Below, in pieces: positions 54,237 through 61,301 of a stretch of DNA of 61,327 nt (position 1 is its first letter; the number at the start of each line of letters is the position of its first letter). The stretch comes from Clostridia bacterium (GTDB lineage: Bacteria > Bacillota > Clostridia > Oscillospirales > CAG-272), in assembly GCA_017558715.1 (NCBI GenBank), contig JAFYTT010000299.1, forward strand, positions 1 through 61,327, read 5' to 3'. A model generated the notes under the pieces. That model was not told the DNA's origin. It saw nothing but the letters and a program-made list of their open reading frames with translations, and ran no database searches. The position numbers were made by a program, and so were the translations under genes.

Positions 54237-55031
54237 ATGTCGGTACTACGGAGCAAAAGAAAGACCGCATTCAGCGAATTTGAAAGGCAAATGGGGATCA
54301 TAGTCCGGCACACCAGCGACCGGCTCAACTCCGTGCCGATGCGGTATCGAAAATTCATGTACCCGAAAATTTACGACCCGACGAACCGAGCATACACCGA
54401 CGTCATTCTCGCCAACGAGCAGAACGTCAAGACGCCGGAGGGAGCACGGCAAAGAAGCGCACTCTTCACCGATGCGCTTCGCGCCATACTCTCGCTTCAG
54501 AAACCCCTTCTATCGCTTTGGAACATCCTCGACATTGGCGAAGACAGCGCAAAGCAATGGGCGGATATGCTCAACCGGGAAATCGCCTTAATTTTCGGAG
54601 CAACAAAAAGAGAGGAGGTGCAGCCGATGATCGTAGCGCTGCCCAAACGCAAAATGCAGAGGCTCGCGTTCCTTCAGAAGATGGCGGAGCTTCACAAATA
54701 CACCTACGAGAAAATCGGACACGCACCGAATCATTGTAAGGACTTCTTGAGCGGAAGGATAGCTGATCACATCGACACCGCCCTCTGCTCGGTCGTCCTT
54801 GCGAACCACAAAATACCGGAGACCAGGGCGGAAGCAGAAAAGCGCGAGCGCTACATTCAGGCGGCAATAGATAGCCTCAACGCTATGCAGAGACCGCTCC
54901 TGGCTCTTTGGAACATCATGGACTACAGCGAAAAGACGATGGACGACTGGGCAGGTCTCCTCGACGAAGAGCTGAAACTTCTGGAGGGAATGAAGAAGGC
55001 GGATCGCGCCCGATACCAAGACCTTCGGTAG
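54237..55031 (+). CDS. avd: Accessory variability determinant, internally duplicated (tandem Avd-Avd, 264 aa)
   Basis: Position between VR and TR. The two halves align (KRK..., VILANEQN/VVLANHKI, LQKPLLSLWNILD/MQRPLLALWNIMD, KQWADMLNREIALI/DDWAGLLDEELKLL). Basic helical protein. Confidence 0.65.
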   Translation: MSVLRSKRKTAFSEFERQMGIIVRHTSDRLNSVPMRYRKFMYPKIYDPTNRAYTDVILANEQNVKTPEGARQRSALFTDALRAILSLQKPLLSLWNILDIGEDSAKQWADMLNREIALIFGATKREEVQPMIVALPKRKMQRLAFLQKMAELHKYTYEKIGHAPNHCKDFLSGRIADHIDTALCSVVLANHKIPETRAEAEKRERYIQAAIDSLNAMQRPLLALWNIMDYSEKTMDDWAGLLDEELKLLEGMKKADRARYQDLR

Positions 55032-55059
55032 AAAGGAGACATCGGGTGGCGTTCTGTCA

Positions 55060-55194
55060 ATGGTTTGGTGCGAACAACTTCTGGCTTCGCGGCGCGGCAG
55101 TCACGAACGCGACGAACTTCGGCAATGTGAACAACAACGGCAACGCGAACAACAACGGCAACAACGCGACGAACAGCAATGGCGTCTGCCCTCG
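55060..55194 (+). repeat. DGR template region (TR)
   Basis: Contains 14 AAC and 2 AAT codons in the VR reading frame. Located between avd and RT. Confidence 0.9.
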
Positions 55195-55500
55195 ATTTTC
55201 ATAATTACAGTAACCAGGTATGAGGGTGAAATAATCAAAATTATGAGAAGGAGAACGCAACCCTCCGGGAGAAACACCCGGTAAATTCAAGGTCGCCCTG
55301 CTTCAAGGGCGGCACACCACGTCGGTGTCCCAGGTGCGGTCGGGAGGACGCTTCTTGCATGGCAGGAGGACAACCGTCTCCTCTTGTTTCATTCCCGGTA
55401 CCGCTTACCCGGCAGAACGGCGGAGAACCAAAATCCGGAGGCAACTCCGGACGGCGGGGACTATACCAGCCGGGACGGGCGGAGGCGAAACTTCATCACT
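55195..55500 (+). ncRNA. DGR RNA spacer between TR and RT (structured, GC-rich)
   Basis: Several perfect local hairpins (cgccct-gcttca-agggcg, cacc-acgtc-ggtg, ccggag-gcaa-ctccgg). No convincing RBS or ATG. Confidence 0.45.
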
Positions 55501-56718
55501 ATGACCAATCAAGAAAGAATTCAAGCAAGAATCGCTCGTGATAAGGCAAGGAAAGCCGAGAAGCGCAAAGCGCAGATCGAGCAGCACGGAACCTTCACGA
55601 ACGTAATCACCATGCAGGCGCTTCTCCGCTCGCTTCAGAGGCGCCGGAAAGATGTGGAGTGGAAAGGCAGCGTTCAGAGCTACATCGCCCACGCACCAGT
55701 CAAAATGAAAAGAGCCAAAGACAGCCTATGGGCAGGACGGCTCGACGTCAACCGCAAAATCAAACAGATGACGATCTGCGAACGCGGCAAGAAGCGAAAC
55801 ATCCACGCCATAATGATCGACAGCCGAGTAATCCAGGGCGCATTGTGCGACAGCTCGATAACCCCGCTCACCCAGCCGTCCCTCATTTATGACAACCCAG
55901 CGAGCACCAAAGGAAAAGGCGTCAGCCACGCCCGGCGCCGAATTGTGCGACACATCGAAGACCAGGTAAGGCAAAGCAGGAGCGACTTCTACGCTCTTGT
56001 TTACGACTTCTCCGGCTTCTTCGATAGCATAAGCCACAGCCTCTGCAGGAGGAAACTGGCAGAAGCCGGTCAGGATGAACAACTCCAGGCGCTGACGATG
56101 TACTTCATCAAAATGTACCAGGAGCAGGACATCTCATTGATAACCGACAAAAGCGAAAAAGAAAGGCTTATGGAAGAACTGCGAGCCGACAGAGCCTGCG
56201 GGGCAACCCTCGGCAGTCAGATCTCGCAGGACATGGCGCTGGTGGTGCCAAACGAACTCGACCACGCCATCAAGGACAAAGCGGGCATACGGCACTACAT
56301 CCGCTACATGGACGACGGCAATATCCTCCATGCCGACAAGGACTACCTACGAAGGCTTCTGAAAAGCATCAAAAGGCTATGCGCCAAGCTCGGACTAAAA
56401 CTGAACGAAAAGAAGACCCGCATCGTCAAGGCGACGCGAGGCTTCACATTCCTGAAGGTTCGATATACCGTGACCGAGACCGGCAGAATCATCAAAAAGA
56501 TGGCGAAGTCGGGCATCGTCCGGATGCGGCGCAAACTGAAGAAATTCCGCAAGCTGGTGGATGCCGGTCTGATGACCCGCGACGATGCCTTCAATTCCTT
56601 CAAGTCGTGGTTCGGAAACGCCAAGACCATCGCGCACAGCTACCGCACCAGGAAGGCAATGCTCATCCTTTACAACCGCTTATTTAACCGATACAGAACA
56701 GGAGGTCTGATAGCATGA
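55501..56718 (+). CDS. DGR reverse transcriptase
   Basis: IRYMDDGNIL (motif 5, YMDD), ATLGSQISQ (the DGR-type xxxSQ motif 4) and FYALVYDFSGFFDSI (motif 3). First in-frame ATG at 55501. The track TTG start 55384 lies in the spacer. Confidence 0.9.
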   Translation: MTNQERIQARIARDKARKAEKRKAQIEQHGTFTNVITMQALLRSLQRRRKDVEWKGSVQSYIAHAPVKMKRAKDSLWAGRLDVNRKIKQMTICERGKKRNIHAIMIDSRVIQGALCDSSITPLTQPSLIYDNPASTKGKGVSHARRRIVRHIEDQVRQSRSDFYALVYDFSGFFDSISHSLCRRKLAEAGQDEQLQALTMYFIKMYQEQDISLITDKSEKERLMEELRADRACGATLGSQISQDMALVVPNELDHAIKDKAGIRHYIRYMDDGNILHADKDYLRRLLKSIKRLCAKLGLKLNEKKTRIVKATRGFTFLKVRYTVTETGRIIKKMAKSGIVRMRRKLKKFRKLVDAGLMTRDDAFNSFKSWFGNAKTIAHSYRTRKAMLILYNRLFNRYRTGGLIA

Positions 56719-57185
56719 AATACTACAAAGTCATAGCCAACGGAACCGTCATAGACGCGAACTTCGTCTGGCTGAAATGGCAGGAGAAGAACCGCATCCT
56801 CATCGGCTGCGATGCCGAGGACGCTCAATTCATCCAGTCAACAGACCAGGCGCACGTGTGGCGCGTTCCCTGGCTCAACCCCGTGCCTGCAGGCGCCGGC
56901 GAATACGAGACGGTGGAAGCCGTGGAGATTACCGAAGAGGAATACATCACGATCCGCCAGCAGCTCGATGACGGCTTCGAGGTCGTGGAACCGGAAGAAC
57001 CGGAAACACCGGTCGAGCCGGATCCCGAAGAAGGCACCGAGGAAACACCCACAGAACCCGTGATGACGCCCGAAGAGATGAGGCGCAAGATCACGCAGCT
57101 GGAAGCAGCGCTCGAAGAGCAGACCATGACGAACGAATTCCTCATGGGGTGCCTGCTCGAAATGTCGGAGGTCGTCTATGATTAG
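56715..57185 (+). CDS. Hypothetical acidic protein (156 aa), translationally coupled to the RT
   Basis: ATGA overlap with the RT stop. PEEPETPVEPDPEEGTEETPTEP low-complexity linker. Confidence 0.5.
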   Translation: MKYYKVIANGTVIDANFVWLKWQEKNRILIGCDAEDAQFIQSTDQAHVWRVPWLNPVPAGAGEYETVEAVEITEEEYITIRQQLDDGFEVVEPEEPETPVEPDPEEGTEETPTEPVMTPEEMRRKITQLEAALEEQTMTNEFLMGCLLEMSEVVYD

Positions 57186-57228
57186 GCGTTTAATATTCCG
57201 AATTTTATACGGAAAGGAGGGCGAAGCA

Positions 57229-57360
57229 ATGATGGCAATGTTATGGGCACAGCAGATCATGCTGGGTAAGAAGACATTCGCGCAGGTTCCCCGCTTGCTG
57301 AAGGACCAGGTCAAAGAGCTCCTGGTTGACAGCGGCATGGGCGATCTGGCAGCCGAGTAA
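57229..57360 (+). CDS. Small XkdX-like protein (43 aa, tentative)
   Basis: ATG 57229 preceded by gaaaggaggg. Size and position as in PBSX-like phages. Confidence 0.4.
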   Translation: MMAMLWAQQIMLGKKTFAQVPRLLKDQVKELLVDSGMGDLAAE

Positions 57361-57389
57361 AACACACCACGAAAGGAGCACATGAGGCA

Positions 57390-57617
57390 ATGAACCCAAT
57401 CGAACTCATCGACCGCCTCTGTGCGGTCACGGAAGCACAGTCCCGCATTATCCGCGAGCAGGCGCTCTTCATTGAGCAAATGGAAACGATAGATGCGGAG
57501 ACGAAAAAACAATTTGCAGACAAGCGTGATCCCGTTGACGCGGAGCTCGACCGAATCGAAGTCGCGCTCCGTCCGTACCACAACACCGGCTGCAGGAAAG
57601 GAGACGACCATGCTTGA
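57390..57617 (+). CDS. Hypothetical coiled-coil protein (75 aa)
   Basis: Track ORF with RBS aaaggag. Confidence 0.45.
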   Translation: MNPIELIDRLCAVTEAQSRIIREQALFIEQMETIDAETKKQFADKRDPVDAELDRIEVALRPYHNTGCRKGDDHA

Positions 57618-57954
57618 AGTATCCGTCGGAGAATTGATAGCGATCGTCGCCGCAGCATTCGGAATCCCGACTGCGTTCACCGGCTTTTGCGTATGGCAGC
57701 TGAAGCGAAAAATTGAGAAGAGAGAAAAGCACGAAGAAGCTCGCGAGTTAGCACGCGAGCAGAACCAGCTCATCTTGATAAAAAGCACCAGCGCCGCCAT
57801 AGCACTCGGCGAAGCAACCGCCAGAGCCGTGCAGCGGATCCCCGACGCCCACTGCAACGGTGATATGCACGCCGCCCTGGAGTACGCCACAAAAGTAAAG
57901 CACGAGCAGAAGGACTTCCTCGCCAAACAAGGAATCCATGCTCTCTACGAGTAA
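57610..57954 (+). CDS. Membrane-anchored coiled-coil protein (holin-associated, tentative)
   Basis: One N-terminal TM (LIAIVAAAFGIPTAFTGFCVW). Located in the lysis cassette. Confidence 0.4.
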   Translation: MLEVSVGELIAIVAAAFGIPTAFTGFCVWQLKRKIEKREKHEEARELAREQNQLILIKSTSAAIALGEATARAVQRIPDAHCNGDMHAALEYATKVKHEQKDFLAKQGIHALYE

Positions 57955-57968
57955 AGGAGGCGCGCTTC

Positions 57969-58322
57969 ATGGCAAACAAGAAGCGCAGCAAGCTGACGCT
58001 CTGGTTCCGCCGTAAAAAGCGAGCCAGGGCGAAAGCCAGAGCTGCGAAGCAACCGAAAAAAATCAAAACGATGGACATCATCCTACTGGTCGTCGCGGTG
58101 GCGCTCCTGGCGTTCACCATCGAGATGATCGCACTCTTCAAAGAGACCGGGATGATACCCGACACGCTGGTCACGTGCGTATTTGCCGCCCTGGGCGGTG
58201 AGTGCGGCGCGATGGCATGGATTAAGACCGCGAAGGAGCGCAACAAAGAGCGCAAGTGGGAGACCGAGGATCGGGACCACATGGAGAAGCGCGAGGACGC
58301 GGCAAACGAAACGGAGGAATAA
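57969..58322 (+). CDS. Holin candidate (two TM, basic N-terminus, charged C-terminus)
   Basis: RBS aaaggagg. TM1 [20 protein letters not shown] and TM2 [19 protein letters not shown]. Immediately upstream of the endolysin. Confidence 0.5.
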   Translation: MANKKRSKLTLWFRRKKRARAKARAAKQPKKIKTMDIILLVVAVALLAFTIEMIALFKETGMIPDTLVTCVFAALGGECGAMAWIKTAKERNKERKWETEDRDHMEKREDAANETEE

Positions 58323-58326
58323 ACCA

Positions 58327-59859
58327 ATGGCACTCAAAGGCACTACAACCGAAGAGAAAATCTGGAATTTTCTCAAAGACAATGGTCTGAACGACTTCGG
58401 CGCCGCCGGTCTGATGGGCAACCTTTACGCAGAATCGGCACTCCGCCCGACGAACCTTCAGAACACCTACGAGAAGAGCCTCGGCATGACCGATGCCGAG
58501 TACACCGCAGCCGTGGACAACGGATCCTACTGCAACTTTGTGAAAGACTGCGCCGGGTACGGACTCGCACAATGGACATACTGGTCGCGCAAGCAGAACC
58601 TGCTCGATTTCGCAAAGAGCGCAGGCAAGTCCATCGGCGACCTGGAGATGCAGCTCTCCTTCTTGATGAAGGAGCTGAAGAGCGGATACGCATCCGTCCT
58701 CCAGACCCTGAAGACTGCGACCACCATCCTGGCGGCATCAAACGCAGTCCTTCTCAAATTTGAACGTCCGGCAAACCAGGGCACCAGCGTCCAGAACGCC
58801 AGAGCCTCCTACGGACAAAAATACTACGACCAATTCGCAAAACCAGCAAAGAAGGAGGAAACCTCTATGTCAACCAAAATCACCACCGGCGCCCAGCTCG
58901 CTGCCAAAGCGAAGGAAGTGGCGCAGAAGTACAAGACGCTCTACGTTATGGGATGCTTCGGAGCACCGATGAACGCCTCCAACAAGAAGCGCTACTGCGC
59001 GAATCATACCTATAACAAAGCAGCCGATCGCCAGGCAATGATTAACGCGGCCAGCGCCGATACCTTCGGCTTCGACTGCGTCTGCCTCATCAAAGGACTG
59101 CTCTGGGGATGGTGCGGCGACGCCACAAAGACATACGGTGGCGCAGGTTATGCCGTGAACGGCGTCCCTGACATCGGCGCAGACAGCATGATCGGCGTCT
59201 GCAAGGACGTGAGCACCGACTTCTCCAAAATCGAGGTCGGCGAAGCGGTATGGTGCAAGGGACACATCGGCATCTACATCGGCGGCGGTCTCGCCGTTGA
59301 ATGCACACCGGCGTGGAAGAACTGCGTACAGATTACCGCCTGCAACTGCACCAAGAGCGGCTACAGCCGCCGCAACTGGACGAAGCACGGCAAGCTGCCG
59401 TATGTTTCCTACACCGGCGCCAGCGAAAATGTGAACGCCGGAACCTCCACAAAGCCGAGCACCAGTACCGGTACCGGCAGCGAGACGGTCTACGTCGTAA
59501 AGGCAGGCGACACACTCTCCGCGATTGCCAAGAAATACGGCACTACTTATCAGAAGCTCGCCCAGTACAACGGCATCGCCAACCCGAACATCATCAGCGT
59601 CGGTCAGAAGATCAGGATCCCCGGCAAAGCCACCCAGGCTGCAGCGTGGACACCTGCAAAGGGCGACACCGTCAACTTCACCGGCAACAAGCACTACGTA
59701 AGCGCCAACGCGACGAACGGTCCCGCCTGCAAACCCGGCAAGGCGAAGATCACCGCGATCGCGAAAGGCACGAAACACCCCTACCACCTGGTAAGGGTAA
59801 GCGGAGGCGGCTCTACCGTTTACGGCTGGGTCGACGCCGGAACCTTCACGAAGGCGTAA
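58327..59859 (+). CDS. Modular endolysin: phage-tail-lysozyme-type domain + NlpC/P60-like peptidase + LysM + SH3-like domain
   Basis: [16 protein letters not shown]...[12 protein letters not shown]...LSFLMKEL (lysozyme-2 type). [11 protein letters not shown]...[10 protein letters not shown] (Cys/His peptidase). [28 protein letters not shown] (LysM). The C-terminal 66 aa are shared with the XkdQ-like protein. Confidence 0.85.
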   Translation: MALKGTTTEEKIWNFLKDNGLNDFGAAGLMGNLYAESALRPTNLQNTYEKSLGMTDAEYTAAVDNGSYCNFVKDCAGYGLAQWTYWSRKQNLLDFAKSAGKSIGDLEMQLSFLMKELKSGYASVLQTLKTATTILAASNAVLLKFERPANQGTSVQNARASYGQKYYDQFAKPAKKEETSMSTKITTGAQLAAKAKEVAQKYKTLYVMGCFGAPMNASNKKRYCANHTYNKAADRQAMINAASADTFGFDCVCLIKGLLWGWCGDATKTYGGAGYAVNGVPDIGADSMIGVCKDVSTDFSKIEVGEAVWCKGHIGIYIGGGLAVECTPAWKNCVQITACNCTKSGYSRRNWTKHGKLPYVSYTGASENVNAGTSTKPSTSTGTGSETVYVVKAGDTLSAIAKKYGTTYQKLAQYNGIANPNIISVGQKIRIPGKATQAAAWTPAKGDTVNFTGNKHYVSANATNGPACKPGKAKITAIAKGTKHPYHLVRVSGGGSTVYGWVDAGTFTKA

Positions 59860-59861
59860 GC

Positions 59862-60044
59862 ATGGGCGCCCTTCTGAACCTCCTCCTGCTTGCTGCAGGA
59901 CTGGCGGTCGCCGTTTTATGGATCGCCAGCCTCTGCAGGCAGGAAGGAGAACCCAAATGCAACCCAAACGAATGTGAGACGTGCCCCTTCCCATGCGAGG
60001 GGCACACCGCTAAAAATAATAATGGAAAGGAAACCACACCATGA
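59862..60044 (+). CDS. Small membrane protein with Cys-rich tail (60 aa)
   Basis: ATG 2 nt after the endolysin stop. N-terminal TM, then CRQEGEPKCNPNECETCPFPC. Confidence 0.4.
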   Translation: MGALLNLLLLAAGLAVAVLWIASLCRQEGEPKCNPNECETCPFPCEGHTAKNNNGKETTP

Positions 60045-60460
60045 AAGATTTCATTCTCGTACTGCTCCAGGCAGTAATCATCGCGGCCGTCCCGGTCATC
60101 ACATCCCACCTCTGCAGCTTCCTCAAGCAGAAGAGCAACCAGGCAGCCGCAAAAACCAACAACGAGCTCGCCGCTTCCTATATTAAGGAAGCAGCCGACG
60201 CGGTCACAACGGCGGTAACGTTCACCAGCCAGACCTACGTGGACAACCTGAAGAACAGCGGAGCCTTCTCGGCGGAGAACCAGAAGGAAGCATTCAACAA
60301 GGCAATGAGCAAGGCTATGGAAATTATGAGCGCCGAGGCGAAGAACTACCTCGCCAAAGCATACGGAGACTTGACGAACTACCTCGCAACCAAGATCGAG
60401 GCGGAGGTCAGGGACCAGAAAAACACAGCCATCCTCACCGGCGAACTCATCACGGAATAA
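60041..60460 (+). CDS. N-terminally anchored helical protein (LL-H-type holin-like, tentative)
   Basis: ATGA coupling. Single N-terminal TM followed by an Ala/Lys-rich helical region. Confidence 0.4.
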   Translation: MKDFILVLLQAVIIAAVPVITSHLCSFLKQKSNQAAAKTNNELAASYIKEAADAVTTAVTFTSQTYVDNLKNSGAFSAENQKEAFNKAMSKAMEIMSAEAKNYLAKAYGDLTNYLATKIEAEVRDQKNTAILTGELITE

Positions 60461-60464
60461 AAAT

Positions 60465-60479
60465 TCTCGGAAAATGAGA
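60465..60479. promoter_or_regulatory. Operator-like site TCTCGGAAAATGAGA
   Basis: 14/15 identical to the 6112-6126 operator. Lies 9 nt upstream of the P1 -35. Confidence 0.45.
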
Positions 60480-60487
60480 AAAAGTTA

Positions 60488-60516
60488 TTGACAAATCGGT
60501 AACCCCGTGATATACT
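60488..60516 (+). promoter_or_regulatory. Promoter P1 (TTGACA - 17 - TATACT)
   Basis: -35 at 60488-60493 and -10 at 60511-60516. Confidence 0.7.
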
Positions 60517-60522
60517 GGCGGA

Positions 60523-60631
60523 GGGGAGGGGGTCTAAGGGGGAGAAAGCCTCCACCCCTCCCATCCCTCTAATTTGTTGAAAAGTGCCAGAAATACTCGC
60601 ATATTCTTTGTGTAGTATTTTTGGCATTTTT
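60523..60631 (+). ncRNA. Candidate small RNA of about 110 nt (P1 to terminator)
   Basis: No ATG or RBS inside. The 5' G-rich/C-rich hairpin (ggaggggaggggg...cctccacccctcc) and the terminator hairpin sit between two consensus promoters. Confidence 0.4.
60586..60631 (+). terminator. Rho-independent terminator
   Basis: gccagaaatact / agtatttttggc (11 of 12 pairs) followed by atttttctctt. Confidence 0.6.
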
Positions 60632-60634
60632 CTC

Positions 60635-60663
60635 TTGACAATAAACCGATGGTGGTTTATAAT
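60635..60663 (+). promoter_or_regulatory. Promoter P2, perfect consensus TTGACA - 17 - TATAAT
   Basis: -35 at 60635-60640 and -10 at 60658-60663. Confidence 0.75.
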
Positions 60664-60665
60664 GT

Positions 60666-60680
60666 TCTCGTAAACCGAGA
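60666..60680. promoter_or_regulatory. Operator TCTCGTAAACCGAGA overlapping the P2 transcription start
   Basis: Perfect TCTCG/CGAGA arms, 3 nt after the -10. Confidence 0.5.
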
Positions 60681-60845
60681 GAGGAAGAGCCTCCGAGGAT
60701 AAAACAGAATGCGACAGTGCAAGTCGGGCGGAAGCGGTCAGAGAACCGGGAAAGCCGGCGGACGGTAACGGCTGCGAAAGGTAACCTCGGCACCTTCCCC
60801 TCCGGGATACACCAAAACAAAAATAACAAATTGGAGGACACCACC
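60681..60845 (+). ncRNA. Long structured 5' leader of the small-ORF operon (riboswitch-like, class not identified)
   Basis: Nested helices GGAAG(60683)/CTTCC(60794) and CCGAGG(60693)/CCTCGG(60785). CCTCC (60799-60803) could alternatively pair with the SD GGAGG (60833-60837). Confidence 0.3.
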
Positions 60846-61301
60846 ATGAAAACTAATTACAGAGAAATCGTAGGAATGCCCAAACTCGCACCCACCCTCG
60901 GAATCACCAGCCTGAAGACCGACCTCAACCTCAAGCAGAAGAAGGCAGTCAAGAACATCAAATACTGCGCGAATGATCAATGGCAATTTGTGAATTCCTG
61001 GTACGACGAAAAGAGCGAAAGCGCCCGTCAGTTTATGATGGATCCGAAGGCGCTCTTCCAAACCATTTATAAAGAGTCAATGGAGAACGTCTACGACGAA
61101 GGCTTCTGCGGCTTCGGAGGCGGCGCGGCTTCCTACCTGAAGGACATCCGCTTCTGCGGAAAGCAATTCCTGCAGACGGTAACCTTCTACTACCTCGCAA
61201 AGCTCCTCGAAGAGAGCGTCCCGGAGGTTGACGGCACAGAGGAAGATGCAGAGCGCGTAGCAAACGAGCTCCTGGCGCTCAAGGCAGAGCTGGGACTTTA
61301 A
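60846..61301 (+). CDS. Hypothetical protein (151 aa), first gene of the P2 operon
   Basis: ATG 60846 lies 7 nt after GGAGGA. The track start 60717 lies in the leader. Confidence 0.6.
   Translation: MKTNYREIVGMPKLAPTLGITSLKTDLNLKQKKAVKNIKYCANDQWQFVNSWYDEKSESARQFMMDPKALFQTIYKESMENVYDEGFCGFGGGAASYLKDIRFCGKQFLQTVTFYYLAKLLEESVPEVDGTEEDAERVANELLALKAELGL

Larger units (their letters stand above)
54017..56718 (+). mobile_element. Diversity-generating retroelement cassette (VR, hairpin, avd, TR, spacer, RT)
   Basis: 135-nt VR/TR pair with adenine-only mismatches, an Avd-like gene and a YMDD reverse transcriptase in the canonical order. Confidence 0.9.

Noticed and set aside
54908-55204. 98-aa ORF reading through the TR and ending ...NNFWLRGAAVTNATNFGNVNNNGNANNNGNNATNSNGVCPRFS.
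   Set aside because: The open frame is inherited from the VR homology. It overlaps the avd 3' end and has no RBS. It is the template region of the DGR, not a gene.
55384-56718. The reverse transcriptase as a retron, group II intron or Abi-type defence RT.
   Set aside because: A cognate TR/VR pair with adenine-specific differences, an Avd gene and the xxxSQ motif-4 place it in a DGR. No a1/a2 inverted repeats typical of a retron msr/msd were seen, nor any intron domain V/VI features or maturase/endonuclease domains.
60519-60544. G-quadruplex in the G-rich 5' part of the candidate sRNA.
   Set aside because: There are only three G-runs of 3 or more. The complementary C-rich tract 20 nt downstream makes an ordinary hairpin far more likely.
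60681-60845. Assignment of the P2 leader to the TPP riboswitch class, based on partial resemblance of GGTCAGAGA...GGACGGTAACGGCTGCGAAAGG to CUGAGA...GGAUAAUGCCAGCGUAGGGA.
   Set aside because: The ACCUGAUC pyrophosphate-sensor segment and proper helix geometry are missing. The resemblance is too weak to call without a covariance-model search.
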